From an uncultured delta proteobacterium (GTDB taxonomy: Bacteria; Myxococcota_A; Polyangia; Polyangiales; B10-G4): a DNA stretch of 64,000 nt. Shown here in pieces: positions 10,022-20,106 of the stretch. The translations under genes and the position numbers were made by a program. How positions within the stretch are numbered: position 1 is the first letter of the stretch; each line of letters starts with the position of its first letter. The stretch is from the NCBI GenBank assembly GCA_963727445.1, contig CAVSGI010000010.1, forward strand, positions 1,440,001 through 1,504,000. Direction: 5' to 3'. The notes beneath the pieces are model-generated. The model was not told where the DNA came from and ran no database searches. It worked only from the letters and a program-made list of their open reading frames with translations.

Positions 10022-11351
10022 AGCCGAGGTAGAACTGGTCGTTGCCGTCGACGCTACCGTCGAGGTTGAGGCCGAAGAGATTCGTCGACTCGCCGCCGAG
10101 GACGTAGGCGCCGCAGACGTTGTCGGCGCCGGCGCCGTCGGTGCAGCTGATCCCGTTGGCGCGGCCCCACTTGGCGGGCGGAGAGGTGCAGCCGTCACAC
10201 ATGTCGCGCCAACCGAAGTAGAGATGACAGCTGCTCCTGAGGTACGTGTCGACCTGGGCACGAACCGGGACACACTGCACGCGCCCTCTGGCATCGACGC
10301 CCGCCGCGAGCTCGCCCTCCGCGCACGAGGTCGCAGTGGTCGGTGCCGCGGAGACGTCCGGACACGAAAGAGACGCGTAGAGCATGTCGTTGCCGTCGAC
10401 GTTTCCATCCGTATTGAGACCGAACATGCGAACGCTCGTCGTGCCTAGAGTGTGCACGGTGCAGTCGCAGTCCATCCCAGTGAAGATGCGGCAGCTCGCG
10501 TCGTCCGAACGCCCCGACTTCGACGGGTCGGTGGTGCATCCGTCGCATCGGTCGCGCCAGCCGAGGTAGGTGGTGCACTCGTTGTTGGCGTAGTCGAGGA
10601 TGGCGGCGTCTGGCGTCGTGCAATCCAGGGTCCCGTCCGCTTCGATGCCCACGACGAACTGGCCGGCCGGACACGCGCCCATCGCCGTCGACGTCCCCGG
10701 CGTCACGTCGTCGCAGTGAAAGCCGATGTTGAACTTGTCGTCGTCGTTGACGCTCCCCTCGGTGTTGAGGCCGTACATGCGCAGCCTGACTCCGCCCAGC
10801 GTGTAGGTCGCGCAGGTGCCGGCGGTGCCGATGGTGGCGCAGCCGGCCGGGCCCGCGTGGCCGTACCTCGTCGGAGTCGTCGTGCACGCGTCGCAGGAGT
10901 CGCTCCAGCCGAAGTACACGGCGCAGTGATCGTTGACCGCGGTCATCGCCTCCGCGTCGAGGCCGGCGCAGACGATGGTGCCGCTCGCGTCGAAGCCGGT
11001 GGCGACCTGACCGGTGGGGCAGGACTGCGCGCCGAAGCTGCAGCGATCGCTGACGCAAGTGGCGCCCGAAGGACAGCCGCTCGGACAGCCACCCGCGTCT
11101 GCGTCGGGCCGGGCGTCCGCCACCGCATCAGGGCGACCAGAATCGATCGTGGCGTCCGGTCGGCCCGAGTCCACGGGCGGAGCGCTGTCTCGGCGCCCTG
11201 TGTCCACGGACGCGCCATCCGTGGCCGCCGAATCCATCGAAGCGCCCGAGTCTCCCGCATCCGACGCGCCGCCTGGTTCGGCGCATCCCGCCGCGAGGAG
11301 CGCGACGAGCGCAGAAGCGGCGATTGGCGCCGTCCGCCCTGGCGTGGTCAT
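10008..11351 (-). CDS. Lipoprotein with three copies of an uncharacterised ~110-aa Cys-rich domain
   Basis: LAAGC lipobox; D/S/G/A linker; three repeats of YxGWxDxCDxCT...GLNxxGxVxxxD. Confidence 0.8.
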   Translation of the reverse strand: MTTPGRTAPIAASALVALLAAGCAEPGGASDAGDSGASMDSAATDGASVDTGRRDSAPPVDSGRPDATIDSGRPDAVADARPDADAGGCPSGCPSGATCVSDRCSFGAQSCPTGQVATGFDASGTIVCAGLDAEAMTAVNDHCAVYFGWSDSCDACTTTPTRYGHAGPAGCATIGTAGTCATYTLGGVRLRMYGLNTEGSVNDDDKFNIGFHCDDVTPGTSTAMGACPAGQFVVGIEADGTLDCTTPDAAILDYANNECTTYLGWRDRCDGCTTDPSKSGRSDDASCRIFTGMDCDCTVHTLGTTSVRMFGLNTDGNVDGNDMLYASLSCPDVSAAPTTATSCAEGELAAGVDARGRVQCVPVRAQVDTYLRSSCHLYFGWRDMCDGCTSPPAKWGRANGISCTDGAGADNVCGAYVLGGESTNLFGLNLDGSVDGNDQFYLGFTCL

Positions 11352-11385
11352 GACGAGGGAAGTCTACGACAGAACGCCGCGGCGA

Positions 11386-12288
11386 TCAGAAGTCTGCGCC
11401 GCCGCTGATCGAGAGCGACCAGACCTTGCCCGTGTCGAACGCGAAGCCGAAGGGGTCGTCGAGGTTCATGTAGAGGCGCGCTTCGAGGAAACCGCCGTCG
11501 AGGTTCAAGCGGGCGAAGGGCACCAGGGCAAGGTAGCCCTCGTCTCCACTGCCGAGCCCACGACCGCCGGTGTTCGACAGGAGAACGGCCTGAAAGCGCA
11601 GGCCGACGGCGAGGAGCGGGATCGGTATGAACGCGCCGTAGCCGCCGAGCTGAAGCGAGATGTAGGGGTCACTGCTCGGACCCATCTTCGGCACCGAGGC
11701 GAGCACGGCGAACGCCGCGTCCGCGCCGACGGTGAACACGCTGGTGCGAAACTGCACGTCGACCGGAACGACGAAGGCAAAGGTCTGAGGAAGGAGCAGC
11801 CACGACTCCCAGACGCCGTGAAGGGCGGCTCCGTAGCCGTATGCACCAAAATCAGTCGAGCCGTCGTCGTAGAGATTGGTGACGGGGAGCGTGACGCCGA
11901 CGCCTGCACGCGCGGTGAACGCGTTGCTGTCGATGCCCGCGCGCGCACCCACGTAGGGATTGCCCATCCGAAAACTACCCTCGTTGTTACCCGCGAGGCC
12001 AACGCCTCGCCACTTCACGTCGAGGTCGAGGACGAAGGCGCCGGCCCCCGACTCCGCGTCGAGGCCGTGTCGCCCGTCCACGAGCCGAAAGCGCCCGTAG
12101 AAGGCGGGGGACAGAACGGCGAAGCCCATCATGCCCGCGCCTTCGTGGAAGAAGTCGAGCTCGCCCGAGATGCGATGGCCACCGGGTCGCGTCGCCGCCT
12201 CGCCGGTCGAGGGCTGAGCGAAAGCAGTGGAGGATGCGCCGGCCGTGAGGAGGAGCGCCAAAACGAAAGCAAACGGTCGGAAAGGCAT
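11386..12288 (-). CDS. Putative outer-membrane beta-barrel protein
   Basis: Signal peptide MPFRPFAFVLALLLTAGASSTAFA; alternating amphipathic strands; MGNPYVG motif; terminal Phe. Confidence 0.65.
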   Translation of the reverse strand: MPFRPFAFVLALLLTAGASSTAFAQPSTGEAATRPGGHRISGELDFFHEGAGMMGFAVLSPAFYGRFRLVDGRHGLDAESGAGAFVLDLDVKWRGVGLAGNNEGSFRMGNPYVGARAGIDSNAFTARAGVGVTLPVTNLYDDGSTDFGAYGYGAALHGVWESWLLLPQTFAFVVPVDVQFRTSVFTVGADAAFAVLASVPKMGPSSDPYISLQLGGYGAFIPIPLLAVGLRFQAVLLSNTGGRGLGSGDEGYLALVPFARLNLDGGFLEARLYMNLDDPFGFAFDTGKVWSLSISGGADF

Positions 12289-12410
12289 GCGCCGATTATC
12301 CTCTTCGGCGCGACGTCCCGACAACAAAGAGAAGGAGCGCTCGGATGGCTGCATCCCCGATAGGGGGTGATCGCTGCCCAGATCGCCGAGGCCTGCTAGG
12401 GTCCCCCTCC

Positions 12411-15400
12411 ATGCTCAGTCGCCGGTTCTCCCCCTCCGCCGTCGTCCTCGCTCTCCTCCTCGTCGCCTGCGGCGCGAAGTCCAGCCGCCCCGACTACCCC
12501 ACGGCGGAGAGCTTTCCGCCGAGCGCACATTTCGAGCCGCACCGCGCCGAGCACGGCCCCGAGATCGACGCGCTCGCCGCGCGCTTCTACGGCGAAGGGG
12601 AGTTCGATCGCGAAGCCCTCGAGCGCGATCTCGCGTCTCTCCTCGAGCGCTATCCCGGCAATGCCACGCTCCACGAGATGGCGGCGGAGCTCGCGCTCTT
12701 GCGCGGCGACGTCGACGAACGCTGGAGCCATCTGATGATGGCGACCGCCGATGTGACCTCTCCTTTCGCCGGCCTGTACCTGCATCAAGCGATGGACCAG
12801 TTTCCGACCGTCTCTCAGCAGATGGCCACGATCGAGCTCCTCGACGAGCTGCGCACGGCGCACCCCGATCCGGCGGCGCGCGAGGTGATCGTCGACAACC
12901 TGATCTGGCTCCTGAAGAAGCAGGGAGAGCTCGAGCGCGCGCGCGCGCTGACCGCGGAGCTCGGACGCATCGACCGGTTCCTGATCGTGGGCGCCTTCGA
13001 CAACGATCAGGGCAAGGGCTTCCTCGAGCGCTACACGCCGGAGGAGGGGATCGACGTGGACGCGCCGATGCAGGGCGTGTTGCGACAGGTCGAATGGCGT
13101 GAAGCCGCGATGGTGGACGATCGCGCGCGCATCGCGCTCGGCGACATGATCACGCCGGCGCGCTTCTCGGTCGCCTATCTCGTCACCTGGGTGCGCTCAC
13201 CCGAGGCGCGCGACGCTCAGCTCCGCCTGTCGACCCAGTGCCCGACGCGCGCGTGGATCAATGGCGCGATGGTGGCCTCGGAGGAGAACCTCGAGGGAGG
13301 CGACGTCGACGACATCGTGGTGCCGGTGCACCTCGAGGCCGGATGGAACGCCCTCCTCATCAAGTCGGCGCAGCGCCGCACGAGCGGCTGGCGCATCGGC
13401 GTCCGCCTGACCGACCATCGCGGCGCGAGCCTCGACGACCTCGAGATCAGCACCACGCCGCATGGCCACACCGGCGAAGCGGCGGAGGGTCCGGCCGAGG
13501 TCGGCGACGACCACTCGCTTCCCTCGGCGCTCTCGGAGGTCCAGCCACTCGTCCGGCGGAAGGTGCTCGAGAGCTATTATCGCGACCGGAGCGGGCGCGA
13601 AGAGCCGGCGCTCGAGGCGGCGCAGGCCGCGCGCGAGGCCGCGCCTCAAAACCCGGTCACCCTCTATCGCGCCGCGATGGCGCACTGGGATCACGGCGAG
13701 ATGGGTCGCGCGGCCGACATCCTCAACGAGGGCGTCGACATCGCCGGCCAGTGGGCCCACGCCTTCCAATGGAAGCGCGGCCGCTTCTACTCGCAGCGCG
13801 ACCGCTACGACCGGGCGACCGAGGATCTGATGGCGGCCATCGAAGGTGAGCCGAATGCGCGACTCGCACGCAGCATGCTCGCGCAGGTTCTGGACCAGCG
13901 TGGATTCTCCGAAGACCGCTGCCGCGTCCTCGAAGAGCTCCTCGAGCGGTGGCCCGACAGCGCGCGCGCCCACCGCTTGCTCGGCGCGTGCATGAACGAC
14001 CGCGGCTACATCGACCAGGCCGAGGAGAGCTTCCGGCGCGCGCACGCGCTCGAACCGGGCGACATCTACACCCTCGGCTGGCTCGCGCACTTCGATCGCC
14101 TCCGCGGTCGTTGGGACCAGGCGATCCAGATGCGCGACCGCGCCCGGGAGATCGCGCCCGAAGAAGGCGTCTTGGTGGTGGACGCAGCCGACACGCGGCG
14201 CGAGGCGGGTCGCCGCGGTGAGGCCAAGCAGCTCTACGCGTCGGTGCTCGAAAACGATCCCGACTGGGCGCGTCCGTGGGAGCGGATCGCGATGATGGCC
14301 TTCGAGGACGGCAACACCGAGAGCGCGGTCGACGCCTGGAAGGAAGCCCTCGAGCGCAACCCCGACGACTCTCTCCTCGCCGAGCGCATCGACTTCTACC
14401 AGGCCGGCGAGGGGGACGGCTTCCGTGACCTGATGCCGTCGGAAGAGGAGATCGAGTCCGCCATCGCCGAGGTCGATCAGATGACGCCGCACCCCGGGGC
14501 GCACACGATCTGGGCCTTCGACGACGAGGTCACGGTGGTGCGCCAGGACGGGAGCGCGCAGCGGATGATCACCCAGGTGATGAAGGCGCTCACGACGGAC
14601 GGCCGCGACGCGCTGATCCGTCAGGAGGTGCCGCCCAACGCCCGGATCCTCTCCGCCTACGTGCGCGCGCCCGACGGCGCGCGTCAGGAGGCCTCGTCCA
14701 TCCGCGGCGGCACCGTGCGCTTCCGCCGCCTCGAGGTTGGGTCGACCGTGGTGCTCTCCTACGTCTACGAGTCGTCGCCGCAGCGCTTTCTCCCGAACCA
14801 GTTCGTCTCGGACTGGTGGTTCAGTGGATTTCACCGTCAGGTGCGCCGGGCGCGCTGGGTCCTGCTCCTGCCGCCCCACCGGAGCCTTTCGACGCACATC
14901 CTCGGCGACATCGCACACGACGCCAGCGAATACGAGGGGATGACCAAGCACGTCTTCGTCGCGGAGAACGTCGACCCCTTCGTTCCCGAGCAGGGGATGC
15001 TCCCTCCGAACGACCTGCTCTGGCACGTCTCGGTGTCGACCCTCGGGAGCTGGGACGAGTACGTCGGCTGGGAGCGGGCGCTCCTGAGCGAGGTCTTCCG
15101 CGGTGACGCTCAGCTCGCTGCTCTCGCAGCACGGCTGACCGAAGGCATGACGGACACGCGCGAGAAGTTCGATGCCCTCTACCGCTTCGTCGCGCAGGAG
15201 ATCCGCTACCAGCAGGACTACGAGAATTCGATCGCCGGCGTGCGGCCGCACTCCTGCCCCATCGTCCTCGAGCGCGGCTACGGTGACTGCAAGGACAAGG
15301 CGGTGCTCCTGATTCGCCTCGCACAGGAAGCGGGCATCGAGGTGAACTTCGCGATCCTCCGCACCCGGCCGCGCGGTCGCGTCGAGCGTGAGGTCCCGAA

Positions 15401-16220
15401 CCAGCAGTTCAACCACGCCATCGTCTACGTCCCGGCACAGGAAGGGATCGCCGAGGGCTTCTTCATGGACCCCACCACCGACGGCCTGGACATGGGCAAC
15501 CTGCGCCAGGACGACCAGGGAGCGACCAGCCTGGTCCTCGATCCCCGAACCGACGCCTGGGAGTTCCGGGAGATCCCCTATCAGTCACCCGAGATGCGCT
15601 ACACCAACCACGAGATCGAGGTGAACGTCACAGGGCGCGACGCCGCGACCGCAGAGGTGACGATCCGTGCCCGCGGCGATCACGCCGCGGCGCTTCGGCG
15701 CGCGATGCGCAACGAAGAAGAGGCGACCATCGTCTACCAGAACATCGGCAACGGCCTCTTCGACGGCTCTCGCGTCACCGAGAGCGGCGCCGAGAACGCG
15801 GCGGACATCGTCTCACCCCTCGAGATCCACCTGAACCTCGACGTCTCCGACAGCATCAGCCCCGAGGGCGAGGCCCAGCGGATGCAGGTGCCGCAGGTCA
15901 CGCCGCTCCGCGGCATGACGCGCCTCGAACGCCGCCGCACGCCGATGTACCTCGGCCCGCCCTTCTCGCGCAGCCTCGACATCACCTACCACCTTCCGGC
16001 AGGAGCGCGCATCGTCCGCGTCCCCGACGACGTCGAGGTCGAGCACGAGTGCTTCGAGGTCACTCAGCACACGCGGCGTCGAGGCCGCAACGTCAACGTC
16101 GTGACGCGCTACGTGCAGCGCTGCCCCGAGGTCTCCATCGAGCAGTATCCCGAGTACCGGCAGCGTGCCCAGCGCGCCGCCGCCGCCCTCGAGTCCGCGG
16201 TGGTCTTCACCGTCCCGTGA
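12411..16220 (+). CDS. TPR + DUF3857 + transglutaminase-like domain lipoprotein
   Basis: LVAC lipobox; multiple TPR-like helical repeats; transglutaminase-like triad GDCKDKA / FNHAI / MDPT. Confidence 0.88.
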   Translation: MLSRRFSPSAVVLALLLVACGAKSSRPDYPTAESFPPSAHFEPHRAEHGPEIDALAARFYGEGEFDREALERDLASLLERYPGNATLHEMAAELALLRGDVDERWSHLMMATADVTSPFAGLYLHQAMDQFPTVSQQMATIELLDELRTAHPDPAAREVIVDNLIWLLKKQGELERARALTAELGRIDRFLIVGAFDNDQGKGFLERYTPEEGIDVDAPMQGVLRQVEWREAAMVDDRARIALGDMITPARFSVAYLVTWVRSPEARDAQLRLSTQCPTRAWINGAMVASEENLEGGDVDDIVVPVHLEAGWNALLIKSAQRRTSGWRIGVRLTDHRGASLDDLEISTTPHGHTGEAAEGPAEVGDDHSLPSALSEVQPLVRRKVLESYYRDRSGREEPALEAAQAAREAAPQNPVTLYRAAMAHWDHGEMGRAADILNEGVDIAGQWAHAFQWKRGRFYSQRDRYDRATEDLMAAIEGEPNARLARSMLAQVLDQRGFSEDRCRVLEELLERWPDSARAHRLLGACMNDRGYIDQAEESFRRAHALEPGDIYTLGWLAHFDRLRGRWDQAIQMRDRAREIAPEEGVLVVDAADTRREAGRRGEAKQLYASVLENDPDWARPWERIAMMAFEDGNTESAVDAWKEALERNPDDSLLAERIDFYQAGEGDGFRDLMPSEEEIESAIAEVDQMTPHPGAHTIWAFDDEVTVVRQDGSAQRMITQVMKALTTDGRDALIRQEVPPNARILSAYVRAPDGARQEASSIRGGTVRFRRLEVGSTVVLSYVYESSPQRFLPNQFVSDWWFSGFHRQVRRARWVLLLPPHRSLSTHILGDIAHDASEYEGMTKHVFVAENVDPFVPEQGMLPPNDLLWHVSVSTLGSWDEYVGWERALLSEVFRGDAQLAALAARLTEGMTDTREKFDALYRFVAQEIRYQQDYENSIAGVRPHSCPIVLERGYGDCKDKAVLLIRLAQEAGIEVNFAILRTRPRGRVEREVPNQQFNHAIVYVPAQEGIAEGFFMDPTTDGLDMGNLRQDDQGATSLVLDPRTDAWEFREIPYQSPEMRYTNHEIEVNVTGRDAATAEVTIRARGDHAAALRRAMRNEEEATIVYQNIGNGLFDGSRVTESGAENAADIVSPLEIHLNLDVSDSISPEGEAQRMQVPQVTPLRGMTRLERRRTPMYLGPPFSRSLDITYHLPAGARIVRVPDDVEVEHECFEVTQHTRRRGRNVNVVTRYVQRCPEVSIEQYPEYRQRAQRAAAALESAVVFTVP

Positions 16221-16227
16221 GCGACGC

Positions 16228-18300
16228 TCAGTTCTCGATGGCGATGCGGTACTGGTTGGTCGCGCCGCGATAGCCGTAGACCTGAACGTAGAAGGTGCCG
16301 GTGCCCGTGACGCTCTCCTGGTCGGAGGTGCCTGCGGAGCTGTCGATGACGGCGCCTGCCTCGTCGTAGGCCTTGACGTCGATGTCGCCCTCGTCGTGCT
16401 CGAAGCTGACGACGACCGTGGCGTCGCCCTCGATTCGGTACCAGTCGCTGGCGTCTCCGTCGCAGAGGACGGCGTCCGTCGCGCCGTCCAACGTCGTCGC
16501 GGTCTCCATGGAGTCGTCGCCACCGTCCGGATCGCAGGCCGGCGGCTCGGGAGGAGGCGCGACGTCGTTGAGGTCGCAGTAGCCCGCGATGTCGCGCCCC
16601 GTGGCGATGGTGTCCTCGGGGACGTCACGCTGATCGCAGCTCTCGTTTTCTTCCCAGGGCCGCCACTCGCCGCCCCTGCCGATGGACTCGGCGTAATCCG
16701 CCCAGCGACCGTAGCCATCCGTCTCGGCGCGGAACACCGTCGGCGCCGCGCACATCCCGGCGGCCTCGGCGTCCGCCATCTCCTGGTCGGCGTAGCTCAT
16801 GATGATGGCGTACATGGCCGCGGTGCTGCGGTTCCAGCAGCACGTGCGCGACGTCTCGTATTCGAGCTCGCCAAAGACGTAGTCCTCGAGGGTGCGGTAC
16901 TCGGCGTCGACCTGCGCGCGGGTGTAGCCGAGCTCGGTGGTCATCACGTCGTAGAGATCGGCGAAGGCGTTCTCGCGGTTGATGCGCGCGGAGCAGCTCG
17001 CGGGGTAGCCGCGGAGGTGCTCGCGCGCGACCTCGACCTGCGCGAGGGCGGTGTCGCGCCGCTCCTCGGGCGTCAGGGTCCGGAGGATCTGGTCGAAGCG
17101 CGCCGGGCGGGCGGCGAGAGCCTCGGTGTCGGAGTCCGAGATGTAGAAGTCGCGATCCGCGGGGCGCACGTCGTTGACCCAGCGGCCGCCGCGGTAGACG
17201 GCGGTTCGCCAGCGACGCAGCCCGCCGCCGAGGCTGACGTAGGTGTCACCGTCCGAGTTCTCGCCGGGACCTCCCCCGTGGTTGGACAGGAAGCTGCTCC
17301 GGGCCGCGTTCGGATCCTGCCAGCGCGGCTCGGCGCGCGGCATGTTGCCGTAGGCGAAGCTCACCTGCAGCGCGTCCGGCGCGAGGCGGTCGACGCGGAA
17401 GATGGGCATGGTGTGGCCGACGCCCTTGCGCTGCCAGCGGTGCATCAGGAGATCGCCCGGCTCGATGGCCTCGGGCTGGATGTGGAAGACGTTGGCGGAG
17501 TCCGCGAGGCTCCCGCTGTAGAAGTAGAGGAGCAGCAGGCGCATGAAGTAGCCCACGCGCTTGTTGAGGAAGAGCTCGTCGAAGTAGGCGCCAGCGCCGA
17601 GCGTCACCTGATCGGTGGAGAGGAACTCGATGCGGTCGTCGTCGCCGAGGCGACGCTTGCGCAGCACGCTGTCCGACGGCCACTCGTCGCCCTCGGACCA
17701 CGAGCCCTCGTAGTCGCGATAGCTCGTGCGGAAGCTCGGGAAGTTCGCCACCCGATTGCCGCGGGCGTCGACGAAGCCGAAGTGACCGGCGTAGATCGGC
17801 TGACGCGTCGCCGAGCTCCACCCGGAGAGATAGAAAGGAAGGTGGTACCAGCTCGCGAAGGTCGCGCGCAGAAGCATCCCCACCTCGGCGCACTCCAGGG
17901 TCGGGGCGTGGAAGGCGCGGTCGCCGAAGGGCGTCGACATGATGAAGGTGTCGCCGAAGCCGTGGGCGCGCGGCTCGAGGGCGAAGCCGGCGATCCAGGC
18001 GTCGTACTTCTGCTCCCAGTCGAGCCCCGAGTTCGCCGCCCAGGCGATCCCTGCCTCGCCTTCGACGTCGTCCCAGTCACGGGTGACGGCCCAGACCTCG
18101 GTGGCGGTCCCGGGCGCGACCCGCGGACCGCGGGCGCTCGGACCGTCCATCTTCGAGTCGGCTTCGGGGATGTTGTCGAAGGGACCATCGAAGCCGGTCT
18201 CGGCGATCGCTTCGTCGAGAGGGGTCGCTTCGGAGGCGCAGGCCGAGAGGAAGCTCGGGATCGCGATGGCGAGGAGGATGGAAATGCGTAGGGATTTCAT
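16228..18300 (-). CDS. Lipoprotein with putative papain-like (NlpC/P60-like) domain and C-terminal PPC domain
   Basis: LSAC lipobox; ECAE and PGDLL...GHT motifs; C-terminal DWYRI...GDIDV...FYVQVYGY PPC pattern; SD GGAGG. Confidence 0.75.
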   Translation of the reverse strand: MKSLRISILLAIAIPSFLSACASEATPLDEAIAETGFDGPFDNIPEADSKMDGPSARGPRVAPGTATEVWAVTRDWDDVEGEAGIAWAANSGLDWEQKYDAWIAGFALEPRAHGFGDTFIMSTPFGDRAFHAPTLECAEVGMLLRATFASWYHLPFYLSGWSSATRQPIYAGHFGFVDARGNRVANFPSFRTSYRDYEGSWSEGDEWPSDSVLRKRRLGDDDRIEFLSTDQVTLGAGAYFDELFLNKRVGYFMRLLLLYFYSGSLADSANVFHIQPEAIEPGDLLMHRWQRKGVGHTMPIFRVDRLAPDALQVSFAYGNMPRAEPRWQDPNAARSSFLSNHGGGPGENSDGDTYVSLGGGLRRWRTAVYRGGRWVNDVRPADRDFYISDSDTEALAARPARFDQILRTLTPEERRDTALAQVEVAREHLRGYPASCSARINRENAFADLYDVMTTELGYTRAQVDAEYRTLEDYVFGELEYETSRTCCWNRSTAAMYAIIMSYADQEMADAEAAGMCAAPTVFRAETDGYGRWADYAESIGRGGEWRPWEENESCDQRDVPEDTIATGRDIAGYCDLNDVAPPPEPPACDPDGGDDSMETATTLDGATDAVLCDGDASDWYRIEGDATVVVSFEHDEGDIDVKAYDEAGAVIDSSAGTSDQESVTGTGTFYVQVYGYRGATNQYRIAIEN

Positions 18301-18321
18301 GGGGAGCTCCTCCAGCCCCTG

Positions 18322-18337
18322 AGCCATGATCGTGCCA
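18322..18337 (-). promoter_or_regulatory. Putative sigma-54 promoter
   Basis: Minus strand TGGCACGATCATGGCT (GG-N10-GC) immediately upstream of the SD of the 18300 gene. Confidence 0.5.
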
Positions 18338-18442
18338 GCCCCGCGGCAACGAAATTGCGCGCATTTTCGCGCAAGTCGATGGCGAGTCTCGGAGCCGGTG
18401 GCGTCTCGAGCCCCGAGAGGAGACTCACACCCCGTCTGACAG

Positions 18443-18814
18443 TCAGTCCTCGGGGAACTCGGCGGCGATCATCTCGTCGAACCAGCCCTCGGGACGAAAG
18501 CCCGCCATGCGGCCGACTTCGTGTCCTGCCTCGAACATGATCAGCGTGGGCGTAGCGCGGACGCCGAGCTGCGACAGGAGCGCGGGCTCGGCCGCGGTGT
18601 TGATCTCGACGACGCGCACGCGGCCTTCGTACTTCGTGGCGACGTTGACGAGCACCGGTACGAGCTGCTTGCAAGGCGCGCAGGTGTCGGACCAGACATC
18701 GACGATCACCGGAATCTCGCTCTTCACGACGTGCGCCTGGAAGTCGGCAACGCTTCGAACCGAGGTGGGCGTGACCTTGGGCCGACCGCCAAAGAGACTT
18801 CCGAGGATACCCAT
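18443..18814 (-). CDS. Thioredoxin family protein
   Basis: PVIVDVWSDTCAPCKQL active site (CxxC); cis-Pro motif GVRATPTL; 123 aa. Confidence 0.9.
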   Translation of the reverse strand: MGILGSLFGGRPKVTPTSVRSVADFQAHVVKSEIPVIVDVWSDTCAPCKQLVPVLVNVATKYEGRVRVVEINTAAEPALLSQLGVRATPTLIMFEAGHEVGRMAGFRPEGWFDEMIAAEFPED

Positions 18815-18887
18815 ATGGCAAGGAATCTGGCGCTCGCGGCGCCGGACGGCAAGGGCTATGTCGGCAACCTGCTAGGGTCCCGGGTCC

Positions 18888-19778
18888 ATGGACCTGCTGT
18901 CGACGACGGATCTCGCGCTGCTCTTCGCCGTGGGCCTGGGGTCGGGATGGCTCGGCGCGTGGATCGGCATCGGGGGCGGCATCGTGCTCGTGCCGACGCT
19001 CTCGCTCTTCTTCGACGTCGATGTGAAGGTGGCGATCGCGAGCTCGCTCGTGTCGGTGATCGTCACCTCGACCGCGACGGGAAGCGTCTACGTCCACCGA
19101 GGTCTGACGAACCCCCGACTCGCGATCGCGCTCGAGGTGGGGACGACGCTCGGCGCGGTCGCGGGGGGCCTCGCCGCCGTCGTCGTCGCCGGAGAGGCGC
19201 TCTACGGTGTGTTCTCGGTGGTGATGGGCGCCACCGCCGTCCTCATGTTCCGAGGGGCGAGCGGACACGTCACGCGAGAGATCGAGAAGGTCTCGTCACC
19301 GCCTCCGGCCGGAGCGCTCGATGCGACCAGGGACGAGAGAGGCAAGCTGGCCAGCGCGTACTTCGACCGGGCGCGCGGGGGGATCGTCCACTACAGTGTG
19401 GAGCGCTTCTCCGGGGGCTTCGGGCTCTCATTCGTCGCCGGTGCGATCTCCGGGCTCCTCGGCGTGGGCGGCGGGTTCCTCAAGGTACCGGCCATGAACC
19501 TCGTGATGAACGTCCCGATCAAGGTCGCGGGAGCCACGAGCAACTTCATGATCGGCGTGACCGCCGCTGCGAGCGTCTTCGTCTACTTCGGGCGCGGCTT
19601 CGTCCACCCGCTCCTCGTCGCGCCGGTGGCGCTCGGCGTGCTCGGCGGGGCGCTCCTCGGAACGCGAACCGCGGCGACGGCGCACCCGGCTCTGATCAAG
19701 CGCATCCTCGCGATCGTGCTCATCGCGGTCGCGGTCCAGATGGGCCTCCGCGCTTTCGGGGTGACCCTTGGCCACTGA
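18888..19778 (+). CDS. Sulfite exporter TauE/SafE family membrane protein
   Basis: Two GxGGG half-repeats (GIGGGIVLVP, GVGGGFLKVP); about 8 TM segments; ATSNFMIG. Confidence 0.92.
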   Translation: MDLLSTTDLALLFAVGLGSGWLGAWIGIGGGIVLVPTLSLFFDVDVKVAIASSLVSVIVTSTATGSVYVHRGLTNPRLAIALEVGTTLGAVAGGLAAVVVAGEALYGVFSVVMGATAVLMFRGASGHVTREIEKVSSPPPAGALDATRDERGKLASAYFDRARGGIVHYSVERFSGGFGLSFVAGAISGLLGVGGGFLKVPAMNLVMNVPIKVAGATSNFMIGVTAAASVFVYFGRGFVHPLLVAPVALGVLGGALLGTRTAATAHPALIKRILAIVLIAVAVQMGLRAFGVTLGH

Positions 19779-20106
19779 AACGCAGCGCTCCCGCACCGTC
19801 TTGGTCGCGGTCGTGCTGCGGGTGGGCCTGGTCGTGGGCGGCCTGCTCGTGGCTATCGGCCTCCTGCTCAGTCTCGGCGAAGGCGACCGCGTGGCCAACG
19901 CGGTCCGACCGTTCGACATCCTCCACACTGGCGTCTCCGCGGACACGCTGATGGCGCTCGGCATGCTCGTCTTCGGCGCGACCCCCGTCGCAGGCGTCGC
20001 CACGCTGATCGTCATCTGGGCCCGCGAGCGCGACTATCGCTTCGCCGCGCTGGCGCTGCTCGTCATGATCATCCTCGTCCTGTCGGCGCTCACGGGCGTG
20101 GGCTGA
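19768..20106 (+). CDS. DUF1634-like small membrane protein
   Basis: Overlaps TauE stop; LRVGLVV...ATPV...ERDYRFA pattern typical of the TauE partner. Confidence 0.8.
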   Translation: MATETQRSRTVLVAVVLRVGLVVGGLLVAIGLLLSLGEGDRVANAVRPFDILHTGVSADTLMALGMLVFGATPVAGVATLIVIWARERDYRFAALALLVMIILVLSALTGVG

